A stretch of DNA of 64,000 nucleotides from Podarcis pityusensis. Taxonomy: Eukaryota. Under the pieces are notes generated by a model. It was given only the letters and a program-made list of their open reading frames with translations. It had not been told where the DNA came from and searched no databases. The stretch lies in NCBI GenBank assembly GCA_964106645.2, contig OZ067046.1; one strand, written 5' to 3'. Below are positions 37,386 through 49,360 of this stretch, in pieces. Each line of letters opens with the position of its first letter. The first letter of the stretch is position 1. The position numbers were made by a program, and so were the translations under genes.

Positions 37386-39866
37386 CTTTATGTTAATATG
37401 GGCACCATCAAGAACAGGGAATCTAGTCACATTTAGGGAGTGATTCATGTTCTCTTTACCAATGGCAGCCTGTATTTGTTTCTTACATTCCTCCTCTCCA
37501 ACACACATCTTAGTAAAGGCAGCTCTGTATAAATGCTATATTGTTGTTAAATGTGTGCATGTGTGTATCTTTAGCAAATGTTTTCCTTTTAAGGGACACA
37601 TAAAAGGTGGAAGGGTGTTACTGATAAAAGTGAGATGAGCGCCGCCACCCCGTAGTCACCTTTGACTGGACTTAACCATCCAGGGGTCCTTTACCTTTTT
37701 TCTTTTTTTTTACCTTTACTGATAAACAGACATGTTTATTGTGATGCACATGAACTACTGTGAGCCTCAGGTTTGCATGCATTTCCCCTCCCGTCTCCTC
37801 CCCACACACAGTCTCAAAGAGCATGGCAGAAAAGTTACTTTCAGTTATATAAACTGTGGTTTTCTGCTTTGCCTTTTGTCCAAACCGAGGGGTGTGCATG
37901 ATTTGTTTATTCATTTATTTTGTATTATTGTATACTGCTTTTCATTTTTTTAAAAAACATACAGTTTATATCAAAGAGTGGTTTGTGTCAAAACCATACA
38001 TTCCAATGGAAATTACTGAAACTGATTAAAGTACAATTAAATGAGCAATGGAATCATAACAATCTAACAGGAGGGCTAGACAGTAGAAGAAAGTTAAGTT
38101 GAACTAAATGTGGCCTCTGCAAGCTTGGGAGAGTAAGGAAGCCTTCACCATTTGTCAGAAGCCCATCCAGGTCAAGACCCTCCTCGCATTTATAGGGAGG
38201 CAGTTCCAGAACTGAGACAGAGCCATGAAGAAGCCCCGGTCCGCTTGCGCACTCAACAGGGCTGCCCATAGTTTGCACTAAACATGGTTAGCTTACATAG
38301 GCAGACTTCATAAGCAGCTTCATGATGCTAATCACCTGGAAATAGAAGCAAAAGTATAAGCTTCTGAAGTTTTCCTCTTGGCTATGCAGGAGAAACTGTG
38401 GACATGCAAGCCTGGGGGCTTACTGCAGCTTATTATTGTGATATCCATAGGAGAGTCAATGCCTTAAAGAGCAATCCAACTAAATCAAAATTATATCATT
38501 TTATTTTTTCTTAAACCACGCACACACACATGAATGACAAAATTCAGCGTGAGCTTATGTTAGTCAAGGACAATTGAAAATTAGGTAGGATGTCAAAATA
38601 GGAGCAATACTACTTCCCACAGTATAGATTTTAAATTTAATCTCTCACTAATTTTCCTGGTTATTGGCATAAAAAAGCAGCCAGATGTTTTCCTTTTTAA
38701 TGATATATTATGTGGTAGGGCAGTCTGTCACCTGGTGAAAACTCCCCTCTTCCCCCCCAAAGTTCTCATAATAGAACAACATAAATTCACATGTCTAAGG
38801 TAAACCATTTAAACTGGCCCTATGGGATTGGAAGATTACTGCCATTAGCATGGTACAGCGATCTTATCCAGGCTGTTTACCTTATGGGCAGAAGAGCTGC
38901 ATAAGTGGCATTTGCCACAGTCCCTGCAGAATAAAATTTGAGCTGCAAACAATAATTTATAATGTGTTTTAAATGCAGAGGAGGCCATGGCCTGACACAT
39001 GGGCTATTAAGAACGGCTAAAATCTCTAATGCAATAATACTAATAATAAAGTGGCCATCTTAGCTTGCTGGGGGCTGTGGGGGGGGGTGAACATTGTTTT
39101 AGTAGAGTATTCTAGTATATTCTTGGACTGCTCTTATTTAAAATATTTGTTTCCTGTTTTCTGGTTACGGACCATATTTTGAAACAGAATTTATGTTTCA
39201 TCTGTACATATTTTGCTTGCATGGAGCTTGGGAATAGGTTACAAAAAAGAAGTGCAGATTCTAAGCCACCTGGACATGAAAAATGATTTTAAAGGTAGTA
39301 GGATATAGATATATAGATATATACATGTACATGCATCTTGGAATTAATATACCTTTGATAAGATGTAGCTAACATATGTGGCTCAAAATTATTTGATCCA
39401 CCCTCTACTGTACAATGAAGAGTATGTGAGCTTAACATGAAGCTATTAACCTGTGTTAAATATTGGATTTTACTTTATGCTAAAGCATTGGCATGTTTTC
39501 AAAAGCACATTTGCTTTGGACAAGCTTAGAAAACTAGTTCTTGAGTAAAAGCATGTCTTCACGTGCAAGCTTTATCATTCTGAATCAGTCATGCCATTTG
39601 GCCCACTATCTAAAGGCCGTGTCTGTACTTACAGTTTACTGTAGGTCATGGTTGATTCCAGGTATCTCTGGCACATGTTCCACATGCTGCCCTTTTAACA
39701 TAATAACATGCACATATCCTGCATCTGCCTGGTATTACCCCAGCTAGACCTGAGTTCAAATGCTCTGAATGTGGTTTGAGTGGTAAAATAAACCTTTGGC
39801 CTATCTCACAAAGACAGAGTGGTCCCCCACCCTGCCCAGGAATACAGAAGGCCTTCCTTGGTGTAA

Positions 39867-40190
39867 GTCAGGAGTCTGGAACTTCAGGCCCAGGGGAAAA
39901 TGCAGCCCTCTGGCCCTTGGAGCTCTCCCTTCACCAATTCTCTGTGGCCTCCTAGAGTGTGTTTGCCTGGCAAAAATAAGACATTGGGATGTGATGCTGC
40001 TGCTTGCTTGACTGGATGTAGAAACCTTTGGTTGTGTGTGGCTGGAATATGACCTACAGAGATAAGAGTCCTATCCATCGTTTCACCCACTTTTGCCTCT
40101 GGCTCTGTCCATTGCTGTGGTATGTGGTCCTTGGGAGTTTGCCCCTGAGGGAATCTGGCCCCTGGGCTGGAAAAGTTTCCCTCCTCTTGG
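39867..40190. mobile_element. Old hAT MITE, degenerate
   Basis: caggagtctggaac..ggcccagggg..tgcagccctc / ctggcccc..gaaaagtttccc..cttg resemble Charlie-type ends. Confidence 0.4.
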
Positions 40191-40764
40191 TGCAAATAAA
40201 GCAAGATGGCGTTCATAAGGGGCAAAACATTTTCCTTCCAGTGAACGTGGCACGGTTGCTTTCTTCTGTGCATTTGCTTTGTTAAAGCATTCCTTTGCTT
40301 GGAGTCATTGCTAATAAACTCCTGAGTATTCATAGGGCTTTGTTTGGAGAAAAGGGCTTGATTTGCTTTGGTTCATATGGCTGTGAATAGAGATGTGCTG
40401 TGTAGGGAAGGGCAATGGCTTGCTAAGGAGGATGGACATAAGTGAAAACGCATGATTAATAATGAAAATCAAACAGATGTTCACATTAATGTACAGCCTT
40501 GGGCCTTAAGTACTTAGCAAAGCCAAGAGATGCTTCTCTAAGCATTGGTTCAGTTGCATAATGGTAGCTCTCTTATACATCAGATGGTTGATGCTGAAAA
40601 GTGTGTCTTGAGAGAAGCTCTGAAGTTTGAAAATCAGAGCTGCTTCACACGTCACAATGCTTGTGGCCACATACCTACCTACTAAATGCACACTGTTTAT
40701 ACATGTGTTGTGGAGACCTTATAGTAGCATATATGTTACATTTAAAAAGAGGGGGGAAAGTGTT

Positions 40765-41231
40765 TGTCAGGAGACTGCCATCGGAACAGGGCAAGGAGGC
40801 AGGGGGCCCGTTGGGATACAGAGAGCCTCCGAAACTCCTGAGGAGCAGCTCCTTGTCCAGCGGTGGGAAGAGCCACATCCCCTGTGGAGAAGAGAGGGAA
40901 GGGGCCAGCCAAGCGAGGAAAGGGCTCGAGGATGCTGCTGAGAGCCCCAGTGCCTCACCTCGCCAGGCTGGCCAGGAGGGATGCACGTCACTTCCGTCAC
41001 CCAGCTTGAGCAGAGGGGTGAAATGCAATGAGGGGAGGAGGAGGCTTGGGGTGCAAAAGTTCCTGTGTTGGGGGAGAAGCCGGAAGGGGCCACTCCCGGA
41101 TTCTGCAAGTGACTAAGACGGACATGAACTTTGTGGATCTGCACTGTAAATAGTTTGCACAATAAAACCTGTAAAAGACAGGTCGGAGTCCTGCCTGGTT
41201 ACTCATGAGCAACCACCACCAGCATCTGACA
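40765..41231 (+). mobile_element. Solo LTR (467 bp), Gypsy/ERV-type
   Basis: TGTCAG...CTGACA inverted termini; perfect 5-bp TSD gtgtt (40760-40764, 41232-41236); AATAAA at 41161; GC-rich relative to flanks. Confidence 0.9.
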
Positions 41232-41355
41232 GTGTTGCACCTTTTAGGCACACATGGAATACAGCCATGACATGTGACATTTTGTAATGTGTGAAGACAC
41301 CCCCTTTTAGTGCAGCTACTCCTATCAAGATAAGACAGGTGCCTTCTGTCTGAAT

Positions 41356-41531
41356 CATAGCTGTCAACTTTCAGATTTGAAAATAAGTTCTCAGCAGCCT
41401 CAAAAAATAAGGGATCAGCAGCCTCACCTGTCCCGGGGGCAGTCTACAATCCGGGATAGCAGTGGGAAGCAGCAGGAAACGACGCTGGAATAAGGGAATT
41501 TCCCGCAAAAAAGGGAAGGTTGACAGCTATG
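41356..41531. mobile_element. hAT MITE
   Basis: Perfect 13-bp TIR catagctgtcaac / gttgacagctatg; TSD gtctgaat/gcctgaat; appears inserted in an L2-like fragment (~41330-41730). Confidence 0.9.
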
Positions 41532-41873
41532 GCCTGAATATTCTGGAAACACCTGAAGACACTTTTGTTCTGACAGGCTTTTCCAGCTGGATAAATGAGT
41601 CTTTACCATGAATGTCTATTGGTTAGGTTTTTTTGTCTGGTTTTAAGTGTATTTGTCATTTTTGTGTTTTTAATGATCTTATATAGAAGTTGCTTTGAGA
41701 TGGTGGTTTTGAAGGTGGTTAATAAATCAAACATATGAATAATATGTTCCAAATAATATGTTCCAAATAATAATGTTCCAAATTCTTGGGGGATGGGTGG
41801 AATTGTTGGGGAACATTTGGATGAACTTGAATTGAACCATGGACTGAACTGGTTTGTTCTGTGAAGGGGCGAA

Positions 41874-41947
41874 TTTCCTGCTTGGCAGGGGGTTGGACTC
41901 GATGGCCCTTGTGGTCTCTTCCAACTCTATGATTCTATGATCTATGA
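41874..41947 (+). mobile_element. CR1 LINE extreme 3' end
   Basis: tttcctgcttggcagggggttggactcgatggcccttgtggtctcttccaactctatgattctatga. Confidence 0.9.
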
Positions 41948-42797
41948 ATGTGAAGTGGACTTAGTTCCTTTTTTGACGTGTTGAACTTCAACTGACAACT
42001 ATTTCCTTTTTTTATGAAATGAACTTTCCACTCTTCGGTTGAGTATAGTGGTTGGGAGTAGACTACAATATGTCATTCAGTTCTCTGATTTCTCTGATTC
42101 TTATTTCAGAAAGTGGTTCTTCAGTTTTGTTCTGAAGGGTTATTCTCCCTCTGCCTAGTTCATTTTTACTTTATTTGTTTTTTGGCTGTGTAATGTTATA
42201 AGAGTGTTTGGATGACAAGGAGAAAAAAAGATATTACTGAAGTGTCCACTACTACTCGAGGAACATATGAATCTCTGGAGGAAGAACAGGGAGCAGAAGG
42301 ATCAGTGAGTGATGTGCTGTCTTTCTGTGAGAAGGAGCTGTGGGAACCCAATGTTTGTTTGTTTTCTTGCAAAAGTATTTCCAGCAGGGACAGGAATTGT
42401 AAGCCTCTGTGGGGAAAGGGACTCGGGTGATCCATTTCTCTCTTTCTCTCTCTCTTTCTCTGAGTACCCTACAACACGCATGCCTGAACTCCTTGTTTTC
42501 AAACAAAATCTGAGGCTGACCTCAGGAAGCTGAATAGCACTGAGTGTCAAGAGCTGCCTGTTATAATAATATTTATTATTATAAGACCCTAAGTATCAGT
42601 GGCCATGTTGGATTAGGCAAATATTTAGCAGGCATGGGCTGTCCTGATGGGATCATGACAGTCTCAACCATCAGAATAGCTTGGCAAAAAGCCCACACGT
42701 TGCTGCTCCTGGGACCTTCCTTACTTCGCACAGCCCCAGCCTCGCAGGAGACTCATGTATTTGTGCATATGTCTCATAATGTGTGGGAGGGAGGGAA

Positions 42798-42845
42798 AGG
42801 GAGAGAGAGGGAGAGGGAGAGGGAGAGGGAGAGGGAGAGAGAGAA
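42798..42845. repeat. (GGGAGA)n purine tract
   Basis: Direct reading. Confidence 0.9.
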
Positions 42846-44717
42846 AGAACCCACTGAATTAAAAGCATCTGCAAAATTGGAGGAAACCTGAAATGAAGAA
42901 TAGAAGTTGCTGGAGTCCACATGCTGAGTCTTTAGGGCTCTGGTTTTGTGGCCTAGCTAATGATACTCCAGTCTCTTGCTTAAATGAAAGGAGTGTCCAC
43001 ATTTTTTCCCCCTTGGCCTTGAGCATTTGCTGATTAGCTGTCCCACTGTGTCATAAAGAGGCAGCCCAGGAGACAAGAGGGAGCTTTCTCCTAGCATCTC
43101 CTCTTCTTTAAAGCCGACCACTGCAACTCTGTGCCTCATCTTTTTGAGCCTATGTTTTTCCTAACTTCTAATTGGAGCATTGATAGGACAAAGTTTTCTT
43201 CCTAGTGTTTGTACTCTTTCTGGACAGGCTCTGACAGAAGTGACATGGTTAGATGTAGATGTGCTTCTTCCAATGGAAGCAGTAAAATGGGCAAGCCCTT
43301 TCAACAGAAAATTTTAATTAATGGTGCAGGAACCCTGTTAAAGCCTTCATAGTGCTTCATGTAGACATAAACACATACAACCACAAATCAGGTCTTCAAC
43401 ATAGTAGCAAATGAGAAACTATTTAGAGCCAAATCAGGTATGATAGCAGCAGACACATTTCTTCAAACAGAAGTCTGCCCAATCACATATTAAGTGTGAG
43501 GTTGGACGGGGGGCAAATTTAAAAAGGAAAAGGGGCATTTCTTTGTTCAGTGTAGTCTTCAAGGTGATGTTCTCCCAGCTGGGCTTGTCTCTCTTCTTGT
43601 AACCTGGCTGGGTCTGAATATTTTTTTAACTTGCACGACAGACTTCAAAGGCATTAAGCTATGAAAGGGAGGAAGATTCAAGAATCACCATGAGCACACC
43701 CACTTTGCACTTTTAACTTGGATACTCTCCTTCTGCCCTGCCACACATATCTTATACATGATTAGAACAGACCTGCATTAACAGAGGTGGGTCTGCCAAG
43801 GGCAGTTTCAGTGGAAGTCAGGCCATTTATGTATTTCCAAATGTCTCATACTCTTTTAACAATGTATGTGCTTGTCTCACCCACATGCTGGTGTGTTATA
43901 CACACCTGTAAAAGTGGCAAGACAAGCAGTGTTTCCCATCTTCTTTTTAATGCCTTTGGCATGACTTTTGCATAACCCAACTTGGCAAACAGACGTTAAA
44001 CACACACGAACACATGCAGTGAATACAGATCAGAAAGCTAATACCTATCAGGAACGTCTCATGAATTCCTTTCATTATCCATACCTTTTCACAGGCAAAG
44101 GAGTAAGGCTAATTTACTGTATTACTTTCTGCTCAAAAAGTACCCTGTCAGCAAAATTAAATAGGTGGGAGAATATCATCCACCTTACTTGACTTCAAAC
44201 ATCCATATGATACTTTTATTCCTTGGGAGTTACACCTGTTCATGTGCATGTTTCATGATGTATACATGTTGTAAAATAGGAAAATGTGTATTTCCCATGT
44301 ACACAGGTTACACAGTGAGAATCATAAAGGAAAAGCAGGGAAGATGAGCTATTCCTTAAGAAATTACTCCGGCCATGAGACTGTAGCTCAAGGGAGCACC
44401 TTCCCTAATCAGAGTTGCCTGCCAAGGATTACTGCTACAGATCACCAATGCATTGAGTGGTTAATGTGTTAATGCTTAATAAGTCCCCTATTTCCCCAGC
44501 CTTTATATTAGAATGCATGATGTGTGGGGGGAAATTCAGCACACTTTCATCAGCATGGATGGACAAGCAAATCTGTGTTGGAAAATCTAACCCCTTGCAG
44601 AGTTGGGCCTCTGTGTTCCAGGCCTTTGCTTTGATCTGACATTGATATTTCATTTTGTTTTCTTGTCTTTCTCCTCTTGTTAGTACTTAAGCAGAAGTTT
44701 TTTCTGTCCCATCTGCT

Positions 44718-44846
44718 GTATACTCTGCTTGTGGGACACAGATACATTTTCTCTCTGTTCGTATACTTTGCTTGTGGGACACAGATACATTTTCTCTCTG
44801 TTCGTATACTTTGCTTGTGGGACACAGATACATTTTCTCTCTGTTC
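44718..44846. repeat. 43-bp x3 tandem repeat (minisatellite)
   Basis: gtatact(c/t)tgcttgtgggacacagatacattttctctctgttc at 44718, 44761 and 44804; one mismatch in total. Confidence 0.97.
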
Positions 44847-46155
44847 ACTCTCCAATACATCTCAGCTGCTTCTCCATCTCCTTTGCAGCAGTAGCATCCC
44901 AAGAACATCATGTTCCATTGTATATTATTTTAATCCTCTTTTTTAAGTGCTAAACTTTAGAAGTTGAGTGAGCCTAAGATATAAAGTTAGGTATGACTTT
45001 CAGGCAGGCTTTTCCCTGTTACTTTACCAGGGATTCAGACTCCTGAAAATATATGCACTTCTTAGCAATATTTTCAGAAAGGGCTGCTTCCTTCAATCCA
45101 GAAAGCTGCCCCATGCTTGAGTTCAATAGTTCCTTGGCATCATCCTCTGCTCTGGATCACACTGGATTTATGATGCTGTGAGAGGTACTTCACTTGGTTT
45201 GAGTCAAAGTTTGAACCCGCTAGCCAGGCTGCTGCTGGTCAGCACAAAGGTCTGCCAATTTCCCAGGGCAAAAATGAACTGCCATTGCCAGATGAGGCAC
45301 ATCCACGAATCACTACTGCAGTTTGAAAGCAGAAATCAACCAACACAGTAAAAACCAGCTGGCTGCATTTGAAGCAGGCGAGGGGATTTTGCCTTTTCCT
45401 TGCCAGTATTGGTGGAGGGATCTATTGCTGGAGGCAGGAAATCAAATTAGATGGACTGTTGGTTTGGTTCTGTGTGGTATGTCTTATGCTCCTAAATCCT
45501 TCATAATGAATGTATCCATGACAGGCACTTGGGGAAACTTTCCATCTCATCAGCAAAAGTGCCCTTTGGAGCAAGCCCTGGTTTAGAAGCTGTTAAAGTA
45601 AGTCGGAACTAAGAAGCAACAGTTTCCGCACTTTTCCATTATCTATTTCAAACAGAGGAAGTGGGGTCCCCCCTCCCGCATTGGAAATGTCTTTGTTTCT
45701 CAGCTAAAACGAATTGATATGCAGCTTTTTCTCCCCCTTCCTGGATTTCTGGCCCTGCAAAGGTGGAGAGCTGATTCCTTCAAATATTGACTATCATTAG
45801 GGGAGAGTCTTTGAAAAATAGGCCGGTGGAGATATAGATATATATATCTATATCTATAACGAGTCCTTTGTCATTCTGGTTTTCATCTCTTTACCTCACC
45901 CCTTTGATATTACAATGATATTGCACTGGAAAAGGGACCTTTATCAGAAGAGAATTGTTTTAAAGATTGATGAGAGGCCTGCAGGGGAAGCTGCACGGTA
46001 TAAAATTTAAAAAAATAAAAGCCTCCGCATCTTTTAGGATTTCAAAGGGAAGAGAGAGAAGGGAGCCGATCTCTTGGTATATGCAGCAGATGGCATTTCT
46101 AACAGGCAAATGCTTAAAGCCCCTCTTAACAATGTGCATTTGCTCTCACTAGCTC

Positions 46156-46295
46156 NNNNNNNNNNNNNNNNNNNNNNNNNNNNNNNNNNNNNNNNNNNNN
46201 NNNNNNNNNNNNNNNNNNNNNNNNNNNNNNNNNNNNNNNNNNNNNNNNNNNNNNNNNNNNNNNNNNNNNNNNNNNNNNNNNNNNNNNNNNNNNNN
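46156..46295. other. Assembly gap (140 N)
   Basis: Run of n. Confidence 1.
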
Positions 46296-47768
46296 GACCT
46301 TATAGTAATTGCCTCCCCACGCTGTACTGCTGATACCTTTATTGGATTGGCGTAGGGTTTCAGAGGACTGTGTTTAACATGCAGTGAGCTGCAGCAATGC
46401 AAACAGCCCCAGTGTTTAAACAAGCATCCATTAGGCCAGGAAACAAGACGGTGCCAGCCCATTTGGTGCTGTTTAGTGCTGGCAGCTTAAGGCAAACTGT
46501 GCAGCAGTGCTGGGAGGCAGGGAGGGCGGAGAACGGGGATGGGGAGAGAAAGGGGAGAGAAGCACAACTGCAGTGTCAGAAAAAAACAGGACGAGAATCT
46601 CTAGTTTTGTGGGAAAGAGGGGGGGAGGCTGTTGCGGGTTGGAACATGTGCAAAGCTCATTAATATCTCATTATGTTAGAATAGCAATCTCCCAGCAGAA
46701 CGGCGTTAGCATGTACTGGATGAAGGGCTCCAAAAGAGCAGCCTGGATGTTTTAAAGTGAGATCCTTGATATCTCCCTTTGCTACCAAGTGGAGCGAGAG
46801 GAGGTGTTTTTCCTAAGCAGCAGAAATAATTATTTGCTCAGGCAAGAAGCCAAAAGGCCATAATGTTTCCTATATCAGCCTGATATAGTACATTAAATTA
46901 AAAGGAAAACCCTGAAGAATGTCATGTTGGGTTTCTCAAAGCAGCACCAACTAGCACGTCCAACTTTCTAATAAATTTCCTTTAATCTTTCAGGAAGGTT
47001 ATAAAATTTGGTTTGTTGTGAAATGATTTCATACCAAGATTTCTCTTCCTCTCCCCTTCCCCCAGTCTTGAAAAAAATAGGAAGGCAGTTTAAGGCTATA
47101 TACACAAGTGAAATTTATTTTAATGTATGAGAATGCCAGATACTGAACGTAAGGGAGATTTCACATTTTGTATATTCTTAAAGTAAGCTGCATTGCATTT
47201 AGTAAAGGGTATATATGGCCAATGATAACTTCAGAACTGTTGAAATTATGGATGGTTCTCCCACTTCCTTATTTATCCAACTTACAATTCTATGCTTTTA
47301 TGATTTCTGCAGCAACTTGCAAATTCTTATTTTTTAAAATCCTCATGAAAATTCATTACCGTTTTAGTTCTCTATTTTTTATATGCAGTTTTGACTAATG
47401 TTCATGTTTTTGCAAGCAATTTTCCCTAATAGAATGCCTTTTTCACTAAAATATGCATTTTTTGGTTATAGAACAAGTGGAAACACTTACCATGAATTCC
47501 TATTCTTAGCGCTTGCTGGAGGCCATATTGCAGCTGGGGATGGCACCTCCCACTTGCTCAACAGGCAAGTTCTAAACATTCAGACCATCTCACCCGGGAG
47601 CAAGACCCATCCTGTCCCTTCCAGATTTTCCCTCCTTGGCTGCCTTTTGGAAGAAAAGTGGGGAAAGGTGACGCTTGAAAGGTAGTTGAAAGGTAACAAG
47701 AGGCAAGGTTGATCTGGGCAGACAGGATGGCCCTTTGCCCTGGGGGGAGGTGGTCAGAAGGTTCAGAC

Positions 47769-48016
47769 CGGGGTAGGCAAACTAGGGCCCGGGGGCGAGA
47801 TCTGGCCCAGTCATCTTCTAAATCCAGCCCTTGGATGGTCCAGGAATCAGCATGTTTTTACATGAGTAGAATGTGTTCTTTTATTTAAAATGCATCTCTG
47901 GGTTATTTGTGGGGCATAAGAATTCAGTCATCCCCCCCCCAAAAAAATAGTCCAGCCCCCCCAAGATCTGAGGGACAGTGGACTGGCCCCCTGCTGAAAA
48001 AGTTTGCTGACCCCTG
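47769..48016 (+). mobile_element. hAT (Charlie-like) MITE
   Basis: cggggtaggcaaact / agtttgctgacccctg termini; TSD gttcagac/gtttagac. Confidence 0.9.
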
Positions 48017-48770
48017 GTTTAGACCCTGAGCCAATGGGAGGCACCATCCGAAGCTGCAGAATACCGTCCAGGATCCAATGAGGAACTGCATTGCAAAGTT
48101 CAGAGAAGTGTGAATTCCACTCTGCTGCATCATGCCTGGTGCAGTTTCTGGAACTGTTTAAAATATTTTTACATGGTTCTATTGAAAATAATCAGCACAC
48201 TCTGTATTGTAAAGGAATCGACACTTATCCATTGAACTGCATGAACGCTCATGTGACACTCTGAAAAACGAACAGGCAAGGGCATTTTCCTGCAGCAAAG
48301 TCCTGACATGTTAAGATCCTTCTTTCACAAATTTGTGAACTTGTATCCCACTCGTTTCACCCCAGTCCACTTCCTGTCCTGGCAAATGGAGGATGAAACA
48401 GGCCTTTTCTGCCAGAGAAGGTGTTACTTTGCCCTAGCTTACATTTCATGCTGTTATTGAGGCACCAGTGGCAGGATTTGGGGACAGCAATTGCATGGTA
48501 CTGGGAGAGGAAAGTGTTTCCTGTCAAGCCTTAAGGCACAGGAATTATTTGAATAATTGTATCCTGATGTTATATACTGTTTGGAATAAGCCGGGGGCCA
48601 CCCTGGAAGACTCTGGGAGCTGTAGCTCTGTCTCCCTCAGAAAATTCTGGAGCAAAAACAAAACTTGTGGACAGACCCTGTCAAGGGGTGAGGGTTGAAG
48701 TGTTTACTCGTTTCGTCCACCCTCCCTTCTCAAGGTGGCTGTTAAGGAAGAAGTTGCATGAACAGGGGAA

Positions 48771-49080
48771 AGGGCCTCAGCTCTGTGGTTGAGCATTGGC
48801 TTTGCATGCAAAAGATCCCTGGCAGTATCTCCACACAGATCCCTGTCTGAAACCCTGGAGAGCCACGGCCAGTCAGGGTAGACCAGTGTTTCTCAAACTT
48901 GGGTCTCCAGCTGTTTTTGGTTTATAGCTCCTATCGTCCCTAGCTAGCAAGACCAGTGGTCAGTGATGATGGGAACTGTAGTCCAAAAACAGTCCACGTT
49001 TGGGAAACACTGATGTAGACAATATTGAGCTGAATGGATAAATGGACCGCACTTGGTATAAGGCAGCTTCCTATATTCCT
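48771..49080 (+). mobile_element. Squam2-like SINE interrupted by a MITE
   Basis: Head agctctgtggttgagcat..tttgcatgcaaaag; body ctgaaaccctggagagcc..ccagtcag.gtagac | aatattgagct..tataaggcagcttcctat. Confidence 0.85.
48884..49012. mobile_element. Palindromic hAT MITE nested in the SINE
   Basis: TIRs cagtgtttctcaaac / gtttgggaaacactg; TSD gggtagac/atgtagac. Confidence 0.88.
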
Positions 49081-49222
49081 GAATTTAGGCCTTGCGACTG
49101 GTTTCATGTGCCTGGAATGGAATGCTGTGATTATGATTATTCACATGCAAGTTTTGATTGAGGAGCCCATTTTGTGATCTAAAGGTAGTGCTGGTTTTAT
49201 TTGTGAGTGTATTGTATTCTTG

Positions 49223-49360
49223 CAGTGGTTCTCAACCTGTGGGTCCCCAGAAGTTGTTGGACTACAACTCCCATCATCCCTGAACTCTGGCCTTGCTAGC
49301 TAGGGGTGATGGAAGTTGTAGTTCAACAACATCTGGAGACCCACAGGTTGAGAAAGGGTG
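49223..49360. mobile_element. Palindromic hAT MITE
   Basis: Long inverted arms ttctcaacctgtgggtc..gttgttggactacaact.ccatca / tgatgg.agttgtagt.caacaac..gacccacaggttgagaa; TSD not resolved. Confidence 0.82.

Noticed and set aside
44718-44846. CRISPR-like array
   Set aside because: Repeats are contiguous with no unique spacers, and the context is eukaryotic with no cas genes.
46034-46462. ORFs spanning the N run
   Set aside because: Artefacts of the assembly gap.
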